Part shown: positions 9,662 to 19,549 of the stretch, in pieces
Position numbering within the stretch: position 1 is the first letter of the stretch
How the letters are laid out: each line of letters opens with the position of its first letter
Source: Halorarum halobium
GTDB lineage: Archaea > Halobacteriota > Halobacteria > Halobacteriales > Haloferacaceae
DNA length: 64,000 nt
Direction: 5' to 3'
Assembly (NCBI RefSeq): GCF_032116555.1
Contig: NZ_CP134949.1
Coordinates: forward strand, 2,356,001-2,420,000
Made by a program: the position numbers and the translations under genes
The notes under the pieces: model-generated
Seen by the model: only the letters and a program-made list of their open reading frames with translations
What the model was told of the DNA's origin: nothing
Databases searched by the model: none

Positions 9662-10636
9662 ATGGAACCGAGCGACGGCGTGCCGGAACGGGAGCGGGAG
9701 CGTGCCGTGGCCGACCTCGGAGCGGGGTCGCTCCCGGCCAGCGTCGAGCGGCTGGTCGGCCGCTACGACCGGATCATCCCCGAGCGCGGCCGGTACGTGT
9801 GGGACTGGCTGGCCGACACGCTCCCCACGTTCCGGCTCGGCTCGGTCGTCCCCGAGCACGAGGCCCGGGCCGACGAGGCGCGGCTGCTCGTCTCCGTGTT
9901 CGTCACGACGCTCAACGACCTCTCGGACCGGCGTGAAGACGACGACGCGTTCGAGACGGCCGCCCTGATCCCCCAGGGGGAGTTCGACGCCGCGACCGCG
10001 GCCGATCCGGCGGTCGAGCTGGCGGCCGACGCCTGGGACGCGCTCCTCGACCGGCTGGAGGGAGCACCACGGTTCGACACCCATCTGGCGACGCTGCGCC
10101 GCGATCTGGCCTGGACCGTTCGCGCCCAGCGTCACGCCGCCTGGTCGGCGCGGCGACCCGCGGAAACGACCTACGAGGAGTGTCTCCAGGAACAGGCTCC
10201 GACGATGTGTATGGACGCGCTCGCCACGGTCGATCTGATGTGTTCGCCGACGTTCGACCCGACCGAGGAGCGCGCGGTCCGCGAGGCCGTCGCGCTCGTC
10301 GAACCGCTCGGCCGCATCGGCAACTGGCTCACGACCTGGGAGCGCGAGCTCGAGGAGGGTGACCTCGCGAACGGGATCGTCGTGAAGGGCGTCGAGGACG
10401 GCGTCGTCTCCCCCGAGGCGGTCCGCCGTGCGAGCGCCGAACCGACGGTTCGTCCCGCGTTCCGCCGTCGGATACGCGAGGCCGGGGTCGAACTGGCCGT
10501 CGAGGAGGACTGGCGACGTCGGTACGAACGGGCGCTCGGCCACGAATGGGAGACGGGGACGGTCGATCTCGATTCGTTCGTCGCCGCCATGGACGACGTC
10601 CGGCGGCGCCATGACGCGAGCCGCGGGAAGAAGTAG
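9662..10636 (+). CDS. Class I isoprenoid/terpene synthase-fold protein (putative)
   Basis: All-helical, with a DDxxD-like TLNDLSD and an NSE/DTE-like RIGNWLTTWERE. Start uncertain (9629, 9641 or 9662). Confidence 0.6.
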   Translation: MEPSDGVPERERERAVADLGAGSLPASVERLVGRYDRIIPERGRYVWDWLADTLPTFRLGSVVPEHEARADEARLLVSVFVTTLNDLSDRREDDDAFETAALIPQGEFDAATAADPAVELAADAWDALLDRLEGAPRFDTHLATLRRDLAWTVRAQRHAAWSARRPAETTYEECLQEQAPTMCMDALATVDLMCSPTFDPTEERAVREAVALVEPLGRIGNWLTTWERELEEGDLANGIVVKGVEDGVVSPEAVRRASAEPTVRPAFRRRIREAGVELAVEEDWRRRYERALGHEWETGTVDLDSFVAAMDDVRRRHDASRGKK

Positions 10637-10683
10637 GGTTCCCGTTCCCGAACGGTGAAGTGGCCGCTCTCCTTGCCCCCGCC

Positions 10684-12846
10684 ATGGACGACGGAATCGA
10701 CGTCGAGGAGCTGTACGACCTCCGGCTCCTCACCGATCTCGCACTGTCCCCCGACGGCGGGCGCGTCGCGTTCGTCGCCAGCGAGTCCGATCCCGACGAG
10801 GACGCATCCCGCACGGGTCTGTACGTCGTCCCCGCCGACGGCTCGCGCGACCCGCACCGGCTGACGCGCGCCTCCGCCGCCTCCGCGCCGACCTGGGGAC
10901 CCGACGGCGACACGCTGGGCTTTCTCGCGGCGCGCGACGAGGACCTCGACCGGACTGCCGGTCGGTCCGGGGACGCGGCCCGGAGCGACGCCGAGAACGG
11001 CGAGGACGACGAGTCCGGGGAGGACGGTGACGGCGACGAACCCGACCGGAACGGCGAAACCGACGGCGGCGGGAGCGACGAGCCGAAACCGCAGGTCTGG
11101 ACGTTCGACCTCGCGCTGGGCGGCGACGCGCGCCAGGAAACCGGCTTCGAGCACGGCGTCCGCGAGTTCGACTTCGCCCCCGACGGCGACCGCCTGGTCG
11201 TCTCGGCCCGCGACCCGACCGACGAGGAGCAGTCGTATCTCGACCGGCGGGAGGAGGACGGCCCCATCGAGGTCACCAGGCTCCAGCACAAGCGCGACGG
11301 CGCGGGGTGGCTCGACGACGTGACGACGTACCTGTTCGTGGTCGACCGCGAGTCGGGCGAGACCGATCGGCTGGACGACGCCTACGGGGCCGGTTCCAGC
11401 GAACCGCTCGCGGGACTCCAGCCTGCATGGGGACCGACCGACCGCATCGCGTTCACCCGCTCGGCCGCCCGGAACCCGGACGACGACGGCTCGATGGACG
11501 TGTTCACCATCGGGCCGGACGGCTCCGACCTCCGGCGGCTCACCGACGGCTCGCTCCGCTGTTCCGTGCCGACGTGGAGCCCCGGGGGCGACCGCCTGGC
11601 GTTCGCCGGCGGGAACCACGAGAACTGGTACGAGCCGACCGGGGTGTACGTCGCCGAGGACGAGGCGGACGACGGCGGGGCCGACGCCCGGTACGAGTCG
11701 CTCTCGGCCGGCCTCGACCGGACGCTGGCCCGAGTCGGGACGATGGCGTGGCTCGACGGGGGGACGGTGGTCGCGCCCATCGCGGACGAGGCGTGGACCA
11801 GGCTGGCGGTCATGCCGCTCGACGGCGAGCCCCGCCGGACCTACGAGCGTCAGGGTCGCGGGCGGACCATCTCGGCGTTCGACCACGCGGGCGACACCGT
11901 CGCGCTCGGGCTCACGACGCCCGACGACACCCCGCAGGTGTTCGCGCTCGACGCCGGCGAACTCCGGGACGGCGAGACGGGCGGCCCCATCCGGCGGCTC
12001 ACCTCGCTCAACGCCGCCTGGGTCGCGGACGCGCCGCTGCCCGACCACGAGGTCGTCTCCTTCGAGAACTCTGATCTGGAGGAGATCGAGGCGGTCGTCT
12101 ACTACCCGTCCGAGTTCGACCCCGAAGCGGACGGCCCGGCCCCGGCCATCGCGTCCATCCACGGCGGGCCGATGAGCTACGACGCGCCGGGGTTCCGCTT
12201 CACGACCGCCTGCTGGACCAGCAGGGGGTACGTCGTCGTCAAGCCGAACTACCGCGGGTCGACCTCCTACGGCCGCGCGTTCTCGGAGTCGCTGAAGGGG
12301 AGCCGCGGCGACCTCGAATCGGACGACGTGATCTCGGCGATGGACCACCTCGTCGCGGAGGGCGTCGCCGATCCGGACCGGCTGTTCTGTACCGGCTTCA
12401 GCTACGGCGGCATCACGACGGCCCACGTCGTCACCAGGACGGACGAGTTCGCCGCCGCCGCACCCGAGCACGGCGTCTACGACTTCTACTCCAACTTCGG
12501 CACCGACGACAACCACAACTGGCACGAGTGGGAGTTCGGGATGCCCTGGGAGAACGAGGAGACGTACCGCGACATCTCCTCGATCTCGCGGGTCGACCGG
12601 ATCGACACGCCGCTGCTCATCACGGCGGGCGAGGAGGACTGGCGCTGCCCGCCGACGCAGGCCGAACAGCTCTACGTCAGCGTCCGCAAGCGCGGCGTTG
12701 ACGCGAAACTCGTCATCTACCCGGACGAGCACCACAACATCGGCGACCCCAAGCGGGCGACCCACCGCATCGAGGAGCTGACCGAGTGGTTCGAGGCGCA
12801 CGACCCGGCACTTTCGGGCGACGACGAGGAGCAAAACGAGGACTGA
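10684..12846 (+). CDS. S9 family peptidase (acylaminoacyl/prolyl oligopeptidase)
   Basis: Beta-propeller repeats, IHGGP, GFSYGG nucleophile, GEEDWRC and DEHH. Confidence 0.95.
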   Translation: MDDGIDVEELYDLRLLTDLALSPDGGRVAFVASESDPDEDASRTGLYVVPADGSRDPHRLTRASAASAPTWGPDGDTLGFLAARDEDLDRTAGRSGDAARSDAENGEDDESGEDGDGDEPDRNGETDGGGSDEPKPQVWTFDLALGGDARQETGFEHGVREFDFAPDGDRLVVSARDPTDEEQSYLDRREEDGPIEVTRLQHKRDGAGWLDDVTTYLFVVDRESGETDRLDDAYGAGSSEPLAGLQPAWGPTDRIAFTRSAARNPDDDGSMDVFTIGPDGSDLRRLTDGSLRCSVPTWSPGGDRLAFAGGNHENWYEPTGVYVAEDEADDGGADARYESLSAGLDRTLARVGTMAWLDGGTVVAPIADEAWTRLAVMPLDGEPRRTYERQGRGRTISAFDHAGDTVALGLTTPDDTPQVFALDAGELRDGETGGPIRRLTSLNAAWVADAPLPDHEVVSFENSDLEEIEAVVYYPSEFDPEADGPAPAIASIHGGPMSYDAPGFRFTTACWTSRGYVVVKPNYRGSTSYGRAFSESLKGSRGDLESDDVISAMDHLVAEGVADPDRLFCTGFSYGGITTAHVVTRTDEFAAAAPEHGVYDFYSNFGTDDNHNWHEWEFGMPWENEETYRDISSISRVDRIDTPLLITAGEEDWRCPPTQAEQLYVSVRKRGVDAKLVIYPDEHHNIGDPKRATHRIEELTEWFEAHDPALSGDDEEQNED

Positions 12847-12873
12847 GCCGGCCGGGTTTCGGACGGGGAGGAA

Positions 12874-13133
12874 CGCTACGTGGGAGGAAGGCGCCACGTG
12901 GCGCGCGTGACTGCGGGCCGAGGCGCGCAGCGCGGTCCGCGGGAGTCACGCGAGCGAAGCGAGGGTGACAACGGAAGTCGCAGCCGACGAGCGCAGTCGT
13001 TCGAAATCTTCGATTTTCGTGATGCCGTCGGAATCCGGCGGAATCCGACTGCTGACGGGAAACCGTTGGTTTCCCGTACTGACGAGGGGGCTTCGCTCTC
13101 TCGAACCGCGAGGAGGACCGTCTTCCCGTAGCG
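12874..13133. repeat. Structured palindromic intergenic element with a nested four-hairpin cassette
   Basis: Multiple stem-loops. A 22-nt segment is shared (21/22, opposite strand) with the element at 49445-49656. Confidence 0.7.
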
Positions 13134-13292
13134 GAGCCAGCCGAGTGCTTTCGAGAACGGCTACACGGAGAAAGGACGTACGTCGAAGTCGATAGCCGCG
13201 GGGACTATCGAGACGGTCGTCACCGAGTCCGCTCCCCAGGTCGAAACGACCGAAGAAGCAAGTCGAACTGTAGAACCGAGTAGCCGGAATCC

Positions 13293-15122
13293 TCAAACGG
13301 AGTAGTAGTACTCGCCCTCCCGCTTCTGCTCGCGATCCAGTTGCGAGTCCGGCTTGTTGATCCGCGGCCGGCCGGTCCGCTCGTCCCGCCTGAACGTGAT
13401 GTCCAGGTCCGAGAGGAAGTCGTTCATGCCCGCGCGCATCTCCTGGGGCGGGCTGGCGTGCCCGTGTTCTGCCGGCTCGCCGTCGAACACCATGAGCCGG
13501 TCGGCGATCAGGTCGACCATGTACATGTCGTGGTCGATGACCATCACCGTCGCGTCGTGGTTCTCGGCGTAGCGCCGAATGGCCGTCGTCGCCTGCACGC
13601 GCTGCTCGACGTCGAGGTGGGCCGAGGGCTCGTCCAGCAGGTAGAGGTCCGCGTCCTTCGAGAGGCAGGCCGCGACGGCGACGCGCTGGCGCTCGCCGCC
13701 CGAGAGGTCGGTGAGGTTCTGCTCCATGATCGGGTTGAGTTGCAGCGGGCGCGCGACCTCGGTGTCCCAGTAGGAGGTTCCGAACTGGTCGGTGATCGAC
13801 GAGAGGAACGCGTCCACGCGCATCGGCTGGTCGATGTCGATGTACTGGGGCTTGTAGGCGATGTCCAGCCGGACGTCGAGTTCGCCCGCGTCCGGTTCGA
13901 GCCGTCCGGCGAACAGCTTCGCCATCGTCGACTTCCCGATGCCGTTCGGGCCGACGATGCCGAGCACCTCCGACTCGTACACCGTGCCGCCCTCGACCGA
14001 GAGCGAGAACTCGCCCTCGCCGTAGGACTTCTCGAGGTCCGGGTACTCGAACAGCGGCCGGCCCGTCACCGACTCGCGGGGCGCGTGCTCCTCGAAGGTG
14101 ATGGCGTTCGGCCGGATGCGCATGTTCTCGTTGTCGAGATACCCCTTCAGGTACTCGTTGATGCCGTTGCGGACCGACTTGGGGTCGGTGACGACGCCGT
14201 AGGCTCCCGGCTCGCCGTAGGTGACGTGGAGCGTGTCCGCCAACAGGTCGAGGATGGCCAGGTCGTGCTCGACGACCATCATCGAGCGCTCGCCGTCCTC
14301 GGCCAGTTCGCGGATGAGCCGGGCGGCGATCATCCGCTGGCCGATGTCGAGGTACGGCGTGATCTCGTCGAGGAAGTAGAAGTCCACGTCGCGCGCGAGC
14401 GTGGCCGCGAGCGCGACCCGCTGTAGTTCGCCGCCCGAGATGGAGTCGATGTCCTGGTCCATCACCGGCGCGATGTTCAGCCGGTCGATGAGGTAGTCGA
14501 GTTCCCCGCGTTCGTCAGTCGCCTCCAGCAGGTCGCGGGTGTTGCCGTCGAACTGGTTGGGGATCTGGTCGACGTACTGGGGCTTGCGCGCGACCGAGAC
14601 GTCGCCCTCGATGACGTGCTCGACGTAGTTCTGGAGCTCGGTCCCGCGGTAGCGGTCCAGCACGGCGTCCCAGTCAGCCTCCTCGTCGTGGCGGCCGAGG
14701 TTCGGCGTCAGTTCCCCGGAGAGCATCTTCACGGCCGTGGACTTCCCGATGCCGTTCGGGCCGAGGATGCCCGTCACGGAGCCGGGTTCCGGCACCGGCA
14801 GGCCGTACAGTGAGAACGCGTTGTCGCCGTAGCGGTGGACCGGATCGTCCTCCAGTTCCGAGGGGAGGTTGATGATCTCGATGGCGTCGAACGGACACTT
14901 CTCGACGCAGATGCCACACGACTCGCCCAGACAGATCTCCTCGGAGATCCACACCTGGTCGGGGCCGCCGTCGTACGGCTCGTCCTCGTCGTAGTGGTCC
15001 CCGCGCGTGACGATGCAGTCCTTCCCGGTGCGGTTGGGCGGGCAGAAGTTCGCGCACTCGTAGTTGCAACGGTCGGGCTGGCACCTGTCCAGGTCGACGA
15101 CCGCGATGCTGTCGTCGGCCAT
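13293..15122 (-). CDS. rli: ABCE1/RLI ribosome recycling ATPase
   Basis: N-terminal Fe-S cysteines and two ABC domains (GPNGIGKS, SGGE). Confidence 0.97.
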   Translation of the reverse strand: MADDSIAVVDLDRCQPDRCNYECANFCPPNRTGKDCIVTRGDHYDEDEPYDGGPDQVWISEEICLGESCGICVEKCPFDAIEIINLPSELEDDPVHRYGDNAFSLYGLPVPEPGSVTGILGPNGIGKSTAVKMLSGELTPNLGRHDEEADWDAVLDRYRGTELQNYVEHVIEGDVSVARKPQYVDQIPNQFDGNTRDLLEATDERGELDYLIDRLNIAPVMDQDIDSISGGELQRVALAATLARDVDFYFLDEITPYLDIGQRMIAARLIRELAEDGERSMMVVEHDLAILDLLADTLHVTYGEPGAYGVVTDPKSVRNGINEYLKGYLDNENMRIRPNAITFEEHAPRESVTGRPLFEYPDLEKSYGEGEFSLSVEGGTVYESEVLGIVGPNGIGKSTMAKLFAGRLEPDAGELDVRLDIAYKPQYIDIDQPMRVDAFLSSITDQFGTSYWDTEVARPLQLNPIMEQNLTDLSGGERQRVAVAACLSKDADLYLLDEPSAHLDVEQRVQATTAIRRYAENHDATVMVIDHDMYMVDLIADRLMVFDGEPAEHGHASPPQEMRAGMNDFLSDLDITFRRDERTGRPRINKPDSQLDREQKREGEYYYSV

Positions 15123-15123
15123 C

Positions 15124-15444
15124 TCAGACCGATCCGGCGAGGGTGGTCGACAGCAACACGCCGTAGGAGATGAACCAGAGGGTGAACGTCATGAACCCGA
15201 CGTAGAGGTTGTCCTTGATGCCGAAATCCTCGACGGCGACGCCGAGCAGCTTCATGATCGGGTACTCGGCGAACAGGAGGCCTGCGAGGACCAGCAGCGG
15301 CTGCGTGCTCGCGGCCGTCTCCGCCGAGAGGCCGAACACCGACGCGGAGATGAACGCCGCGGCCACCCCGGTCAGACACGCGACGGTGGTGACCGCCACC
15401 CCACGCTTGTGGTCCGACAGCCCGGAGGCGGTTTCCGTACTCAT
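15124..15444 (-). CDS. Small membrane protein (EMC6-like) upstream of ABCE1
   Basis: Three hydrophobic segments and DFGIKDNLYVGFMTF. Directly coupled to rli. Confidence 0.75.
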   Translation of the reverse strand: MSTETASGLSDHKRGVAVTTVACLTGVAAAFISASVFGLSAETAASTQPLLVLAGLLFAEYPIMKLLGVAVEDFGIKDNLYVGFMTFTLWFISYGVLLSTTLAGSV

Positions 15445-15653
15445 ACCACCACCTCCGACAGCCGGCGACAAAAGGGGTTCGCTTGGCGGTCCCGCCCAGT
15501 GCGGCCGGCACCCCCCATTCTGGCCGGTCGGCCCTGGCATCCGCTGGTCGACCCCGGTACCGGCCGGTCGACCCCGACGTGGAAACCGCTCCGGGATGTT
15601 TCGATTCGTAATCCGTCAACCTTTATGACGATGGGTTGTTTCGAATCGTAACG

Positions 15654-15932
15654 ATGGCTGCTACCGAAGAGGAGAGTCTCGACGACCTGCCGCCCAGCGC
15701 CAAGCTCGTGTTCAAGGTGCTGGAGTACAACGGCTCGCTGACCCAGAAGGGGATCGTGGAGGAGTCGATGCTCTCGGCCCGGACGGTTCGCTACGCGCTC
15801 GAACGACTGGAGAACATCGGCATCGTCGAGGAGGACGTCTACTTCGCCGACGCACGACAGAACCTCTACCAGCTCGACGGCCCGCAGACGGCGGAGGCGG
15901 ACGGCGGGCAGGAAGCCTGCTGCGCCGAGTAA
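15654..15932 (+). CDS. Winged-helix transcriptional regulator (MarR/TrmB-like)
   Basis: LPPSAKLVFKVL..LTQ..I..ES.LS.RTVRYAL..DARQ..Y. TATA-like CTTTATG at 15621. Confidence 0.88.
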   Translation: MAATEEESLDDLPPSAKLVFKVLEYNGSLTQKGIVEESMLSARTVRYALERLENIGIVEEDVYFADARQNLYQLDGPQTAEADGGQEACCAE

Positions 15933-16126
15933 CCGGACGACGCTCTCCACCCCTCTCTCGTTCCGTCGCCCCACGGAGCCGAAGGTTCATCACCGAAGCC
16001 GGGACCAGCGGCCCCGTGCGCTGACGTCGACCGCGCGCCGCCACGCGAAACCCCGGGGCGAGCGGCGCACGGACGGCCGCCCCGGCCGTCCGCGCGTCCG
16101 CAGCGTGCCGTTCCCTCGAAAGCCGT

Positions 16127-17551
16127 TCAGAGCGCGTTCTCCACCGCGCGCGCCACCGACCGCGCCTTCTCCGCCAGGGGCTCCGGCACCTCGCCGGCCG
16201 CGACCGCCTCGTCGAGTTCGTCGTCGTCCACCCGCTCGACGCGGCCGTCCGCGTGCTTCACCACGTCGACGTGGAGGTCGACGTAGCGGACGCGCCGGGG
16301 AAACACCTCGACGGGCGTGCAGACGTTGACGTAGGTGCCCTTCCGCTCGCCGTCGGCGCTCCGGTACACCGTCGGGTACCACCAGCGGCCCTCGCGGAAC
16401 GTCGTGGACGCGACGTCGCCGGCCTCCCGCCGCGCGTCCAGCGCGTCGTACGTGCCGCCGGCGCTCATCTCGCGCGCCAGCGAGACGGTGCCGTCGGCGT
16501 CCAGGTCGGTCACCTCGCCCCGGCCGAGCGTGATGAGCCGTCCGTCCGGCTTCCCGTGGCCGATGCCGAGCGAGTCGCCCGCGGCAGGCCCGAACTGGTC
16601 GGTCACGACCGCGAAGGGGAACTCGGCGTCGTCGGTCCCGTCGCCAGCGCCGTCGTCCCCGAACGAGGAGAGCGCCTCGGCGAGGTCGACGCCGGCGCTC
16701 GCGGCCGAGGACGCCGCCTTCGTCCGGTGGTGGCCCGGCATCGTCGTCGTCACCGCGCGCCGGTGCCCGTCCAGCGCGAACCGGGACTCGCGGCCGAACC
16801 AGACCCACGACCCCGCCGTCGGCGTCGCCACTGGCCCGGGCTCCCCCTCGGGTTCCGCCAGCACCGGGTCGAGCGCCCGAGCCCGTTCGGCCGCCCGGTC
16901 GAGCGCGCCGCCGAGCGCGTCCATGTCCGCGTCGCGGGCGTCGCGCGACCACTCGACCCCCCAGCCGTCGGGCACGTCGGGGTCGAGCAGGTCGGTCACC
17001 CCGACGAGTTCGCGGGCCGACGGGTCGTCCCTGCCGGCGACCCGGGTGTCCTCCCGGCCCGGAACGAGCGTCGCCAGCCCGCCCGGCGCACGGATGCGGG
17101 TGTCGAGTTCCGGCCTGCCGTCGGTCCAGGGAGCGCTCGCCTCGACGACTTGCACCCGGAACGTGTCGTCCTCGCCGACGTACCCCTCCGCGTCGTCGAA
17201 CGGCAGGTACCCCTCGGCGTCGCCGAGGTCGAGCACCGCGCCGCCGCCGAGCGTCCCGGTCACGCGCCCGTCGAAGACGGCTCCCCGGGGGGTCGGGTCG
17301 CTCCAGGCGAGCGTGTCGATGCCGACCTCGCGGAGGAGGTCCGTCGCTTCGGCGACGGCGTCCGGGTCGCCCGCGACGCCGACGCCCTGCCTGTCGTCGG
17401 TCGTCTCGACGGCGACATCGTGGTCGGCCGCCGGGAGGTCGGCGTCGAACCGCCGGCGGATGGGCCGGGAGGCCTGGACGACCTCGTGGCCCGCCTCGAG
17501 CAGCAGGCGCGTCAGGGCGGTCGCGTAGATGCCGCGGACGCGCGCCCTCAT
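16127..17551 (-). CDS. FAU-1 / DUF402 RNA-binding ribonuclease
   Basis: RVRGIYATALT N-terminus, TMPGHHRTK, YVNVCTPVE and YVDLHVDV. Confidence 0.9.
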   Translation of the reverse strand: MRARVRGIYATALTRLLLEAGHEVVQASRPIRRRFDADLPAADHDVAVETTDDRQGVGVAGDPDAVAEATDLLREVGIDTLAWSDPTPRGAVFDGRVTGTLGGGAVLDLGDAEGYLPFDDAEGYVGEDDTFRVQVVEASAPWTDGRPELDTRIRAPGGLATLVPGREDTRVAGRDDPSARELVGVTDLLDPDVPDGWGVEWSRDARDADMDALGGALDRAAERARALDPVLAEPEGEPGPVATPTAGSWVWFGRESRFALDGHRRAVTTTMPGHHRTKAASSAASAGVDLAEALSSFGDDGAGDGTDDAEFPFAVVTDQFGPAAGDSLGIGHGKPDGRLITLGRGEVTDLDADGTVSLAREMSAGGTYDALDARREAGDVASTTFREGRWWYPTVYRSADGERKGTYVNVCTPVEVFPRRVRYVDLHVDVVKHADGRVERVDDDELDEAVAAGEVPEPLAEKARSVARAVENAL

Positions 17552-17925
17552 CGGAGCGCGTCCGCCGTCCGGGCGAACCGAACCCGGTCGTGGACCGTCG
17601 GGCCGAGCGTCAGTTCCACGACCTCGTCGTTCAGGACGCGCCCGCCCTCGACGTAGACGCCCCACGAGTCGAAGCGGAGATACCCCCGCAGGTCGGCGGC
17701 GTGGGTGTACGTGTCGAGCCGTTCGACGTCGTGCTCCTGGATCTCGTCGTCGCCGTGGGCGACGTCCATGTCCGAGTAGTACGGCCCCGGCTCCTCGAAG
17801 AAGGACTCCAGCGCGGCAGCGTCCTCCCGGACGGCTTCGGCGACGAGCTCCGAGGCCTCCGCGAGGTCGTCCGTGTCGAGCCCGACCGCGCGGAGCGCGG
17901 CCTGCGTACGCGGGTCGAAGTGCAT
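17548..17925 (-). CDS. Conserved haloarchaeal hypothetical protein
   Basis: Acidic ORF with an ATGA overlap to the FAU-1 gene. Confidence 0.8.
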   Translation of the reverse strand: MHFDPRTQAALRAVGLDTDDLAEASELVAEAVREDAAALESFFEEPGPYYSDMDVAHGDDEIQEHDVERLDTYTHAADLRGYLRFDSWGVYVEGGRVLNDEVVELTLGPTVHDRVRFARTADALR

Positions 17926-18032
17926 ACCCCGGCCAACGGGGGCGAGGGATTTGAACGGTGCCACTCGCCGCGGGCGGCGTTCCAGGTGACACGGCGGCAA
18001 GAACTTAGGGGGAGGCAGGCGATTCGCAGGAC

Positions 18033-19070
18033 ATGACCGCGAAGGAACGACGGGACCCGATCGAGGAGGCCGACGACGGTTCCGCCGACCTCTACGACAT
18101 CGCCACCTGGCAGGAGCGGACGTCGATCGACGGGCTCTCGGTCGCCATCTATCGGCTGCTCTCGGCGTCGGCGCGGTGGGGACTGATCCTGCTCGCGCTC
18201 CTGTTGCTCGTCGGCATCGGCGGGTTCTCGGCGCTCACCAACCCCGCGATCGGGCTGCTCACGGTGCTGTCGGCCATCCCGGCGCTCGCGCTCGCGGCCT
18301 ACGTCTACCGCTCGGACATCACGACGGACGAGCCGGTGCGGCTGCTCGTCGGGACGTTCCTGCTCGGGGTGCTCACTGCGAACTTCGCGGCCGTGGTGAA
18401 CACGGTCGCACAGCCGTGGTTCCGGCCGCTCGGCTTCCTTGGAACCGTGCTGTTCTTCTTCGTCATCGTCGCGCCGGTCGAGGAGACGGTGAAGCTGCTG
18501 GCGGTGCGGCTCTACGCCTACACCGACGAGAGCTTCGACGCGGTGCTCGACGGCGCGGTGTACGGCGCGATGGCCGGGCTCGGCTTCGCGTTCATCGAGA
18601 ACGCGCTCTACATTACCCAGAGCGTCGGCGGCGTCGGCGAGCTGGACCTCGGGCTCGGGCTCATCGGGATGGGCGGCGGGATCACGGCGACGCGGGCGCT
18701 CGCGGGGCCGGGCCACGTCATCTACTCGGCGTTTGCCGGCTACTACCTGGGACTGGCGAAGTTCAACCCGGAGAACCGCGGGCCGATCGTCATCAAGGGG
18801 CTGCTCATCGCGGCGTTCATCCACGCGCTGTACAACTCGACGGTCGGCATCGGCTCGGGCCTGTTCGGACTCCTGTTCGAGGCGGTCGGGGTTCCGACGT
18901 TCGGCGGGCTGTTGGCCTTCTTCGTCTACGTCATCATCTACGACGGCCTGTTCGGGCTGATCCTGCTGCGGAAGATCCGGCGCTACCGTGGGGCCTACCG
19001 CGCGGCCCACGACGACGGGCGGGACGCGGCGGCGACCCCGGAGTCCGAACTGACCGAGTTCGAGAGCTGA
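18033..19070 (+). CDS. PrsW family intramembrane protease
   Basis: Motifs VEETVK, GFAFIENALY, GH and IHALYN. Confidence 0.92.
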   Translation: MTAKERRDPIEEADDGSADLYDIATWQERTSIDGLSVAIYRLLSASARWGLILLALLLLVGIGGFSALTNPAIGLLTVLSAIPALALAAYVYRSDITTDEPVRLLVGTFLLGVLTANFAAVVNTVAQPWFRPLGFLGTVLFFFVIVAPVEETVKLLAVRLYAYTDESFDAVLDGAVYGAMAGLGFAFIENALYITQSVGGVGELDLGLGLIGMGGGITATRALAGPGHVIYSAFAGYYLGLAKFNPENRGPIVIKGLLIAAFIHALYNSTVGIGSGLFGLLFEAVGVPTFGGLLAFFVYVIIYDGLFGLILLRKIRRYRGAYRAAHDDGRDAAATPESELTEFES

Positions 19071-19088
19071 GGACGCCGTCGGGCGGAC

Positions 19089-19445
19089 TCAGGAGTTGAG
19101 TTTCTCGCGCGAGACGGTGACGCCGGTCGGCGTGAGGATGAGCTGGTCGTCGCCCTTCTGGACGATGTCGCCGTCGACCTCGGTGGCGACCTGTCGGAGC
19201 TCGTCGATGATGGACTCGACCGTCCGGTCGGACGTCGAGTGGCGCGTGATGTCGGCGATGACGAAGTCGCCGTCGTAGACGGCGTCCTTGATGTCGATGA
19301 CGTCGCTCTGGTCGGCGATCTCGGCGATGTGGACCTGCATCCCGGCGCCCCCGTGGGCGCTCTCGAAATCGTTCAGGTCGAGCTCGACGTAATCCTCGGC
19401 GCTGTGGGTTCCCCCGCCCCCGAGAATCTTGCTCATGATGCCCAT
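19089..19445 (-). CDS. sepF: Cell division protein SepF
   Basis: N-terminal amphipathic MGIMSKILG, IKDAVYDGD..IADI and GDIVQKGDDQLILTP. Confidence 0.9.
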   Translation of the reverse strand: MGIMSKILGGGGTHSAEDYVELDLNDFESAHGGAGMQVHIAEIADQSDVIDIKDAVYDGDFVIADITRHSTSDRTVESIIDELRQVATEVDGDIVQKGDDQLILTPTGVTVSREKLNS

Positions 19446-19549
19446 GAACTCCCATGTGTGACTGCACGCTTAAGGTCTTACGTCAGACGGGCGGGTGACG
19501 TGGCGGGCCGGCGACCGTTCCCTGCCAACCTGGACGTCCGCCGCCGGAC

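Noticed and set aside
10960..11080. Asp/Glu/Gly-rich stretch in the S9 peptidase as an inserted element
   Set aside because: It is an in-frame, low-complexity acidic loop, common in haloarchaeal proteins.
16070..16092. CGGACGGCCG-ccc-CGGCCGTCCG hairpin between convergent genes as a terminator
   Set aside because: A single GC-rich hairpin with no T-tract is expected by chance at this GC content.
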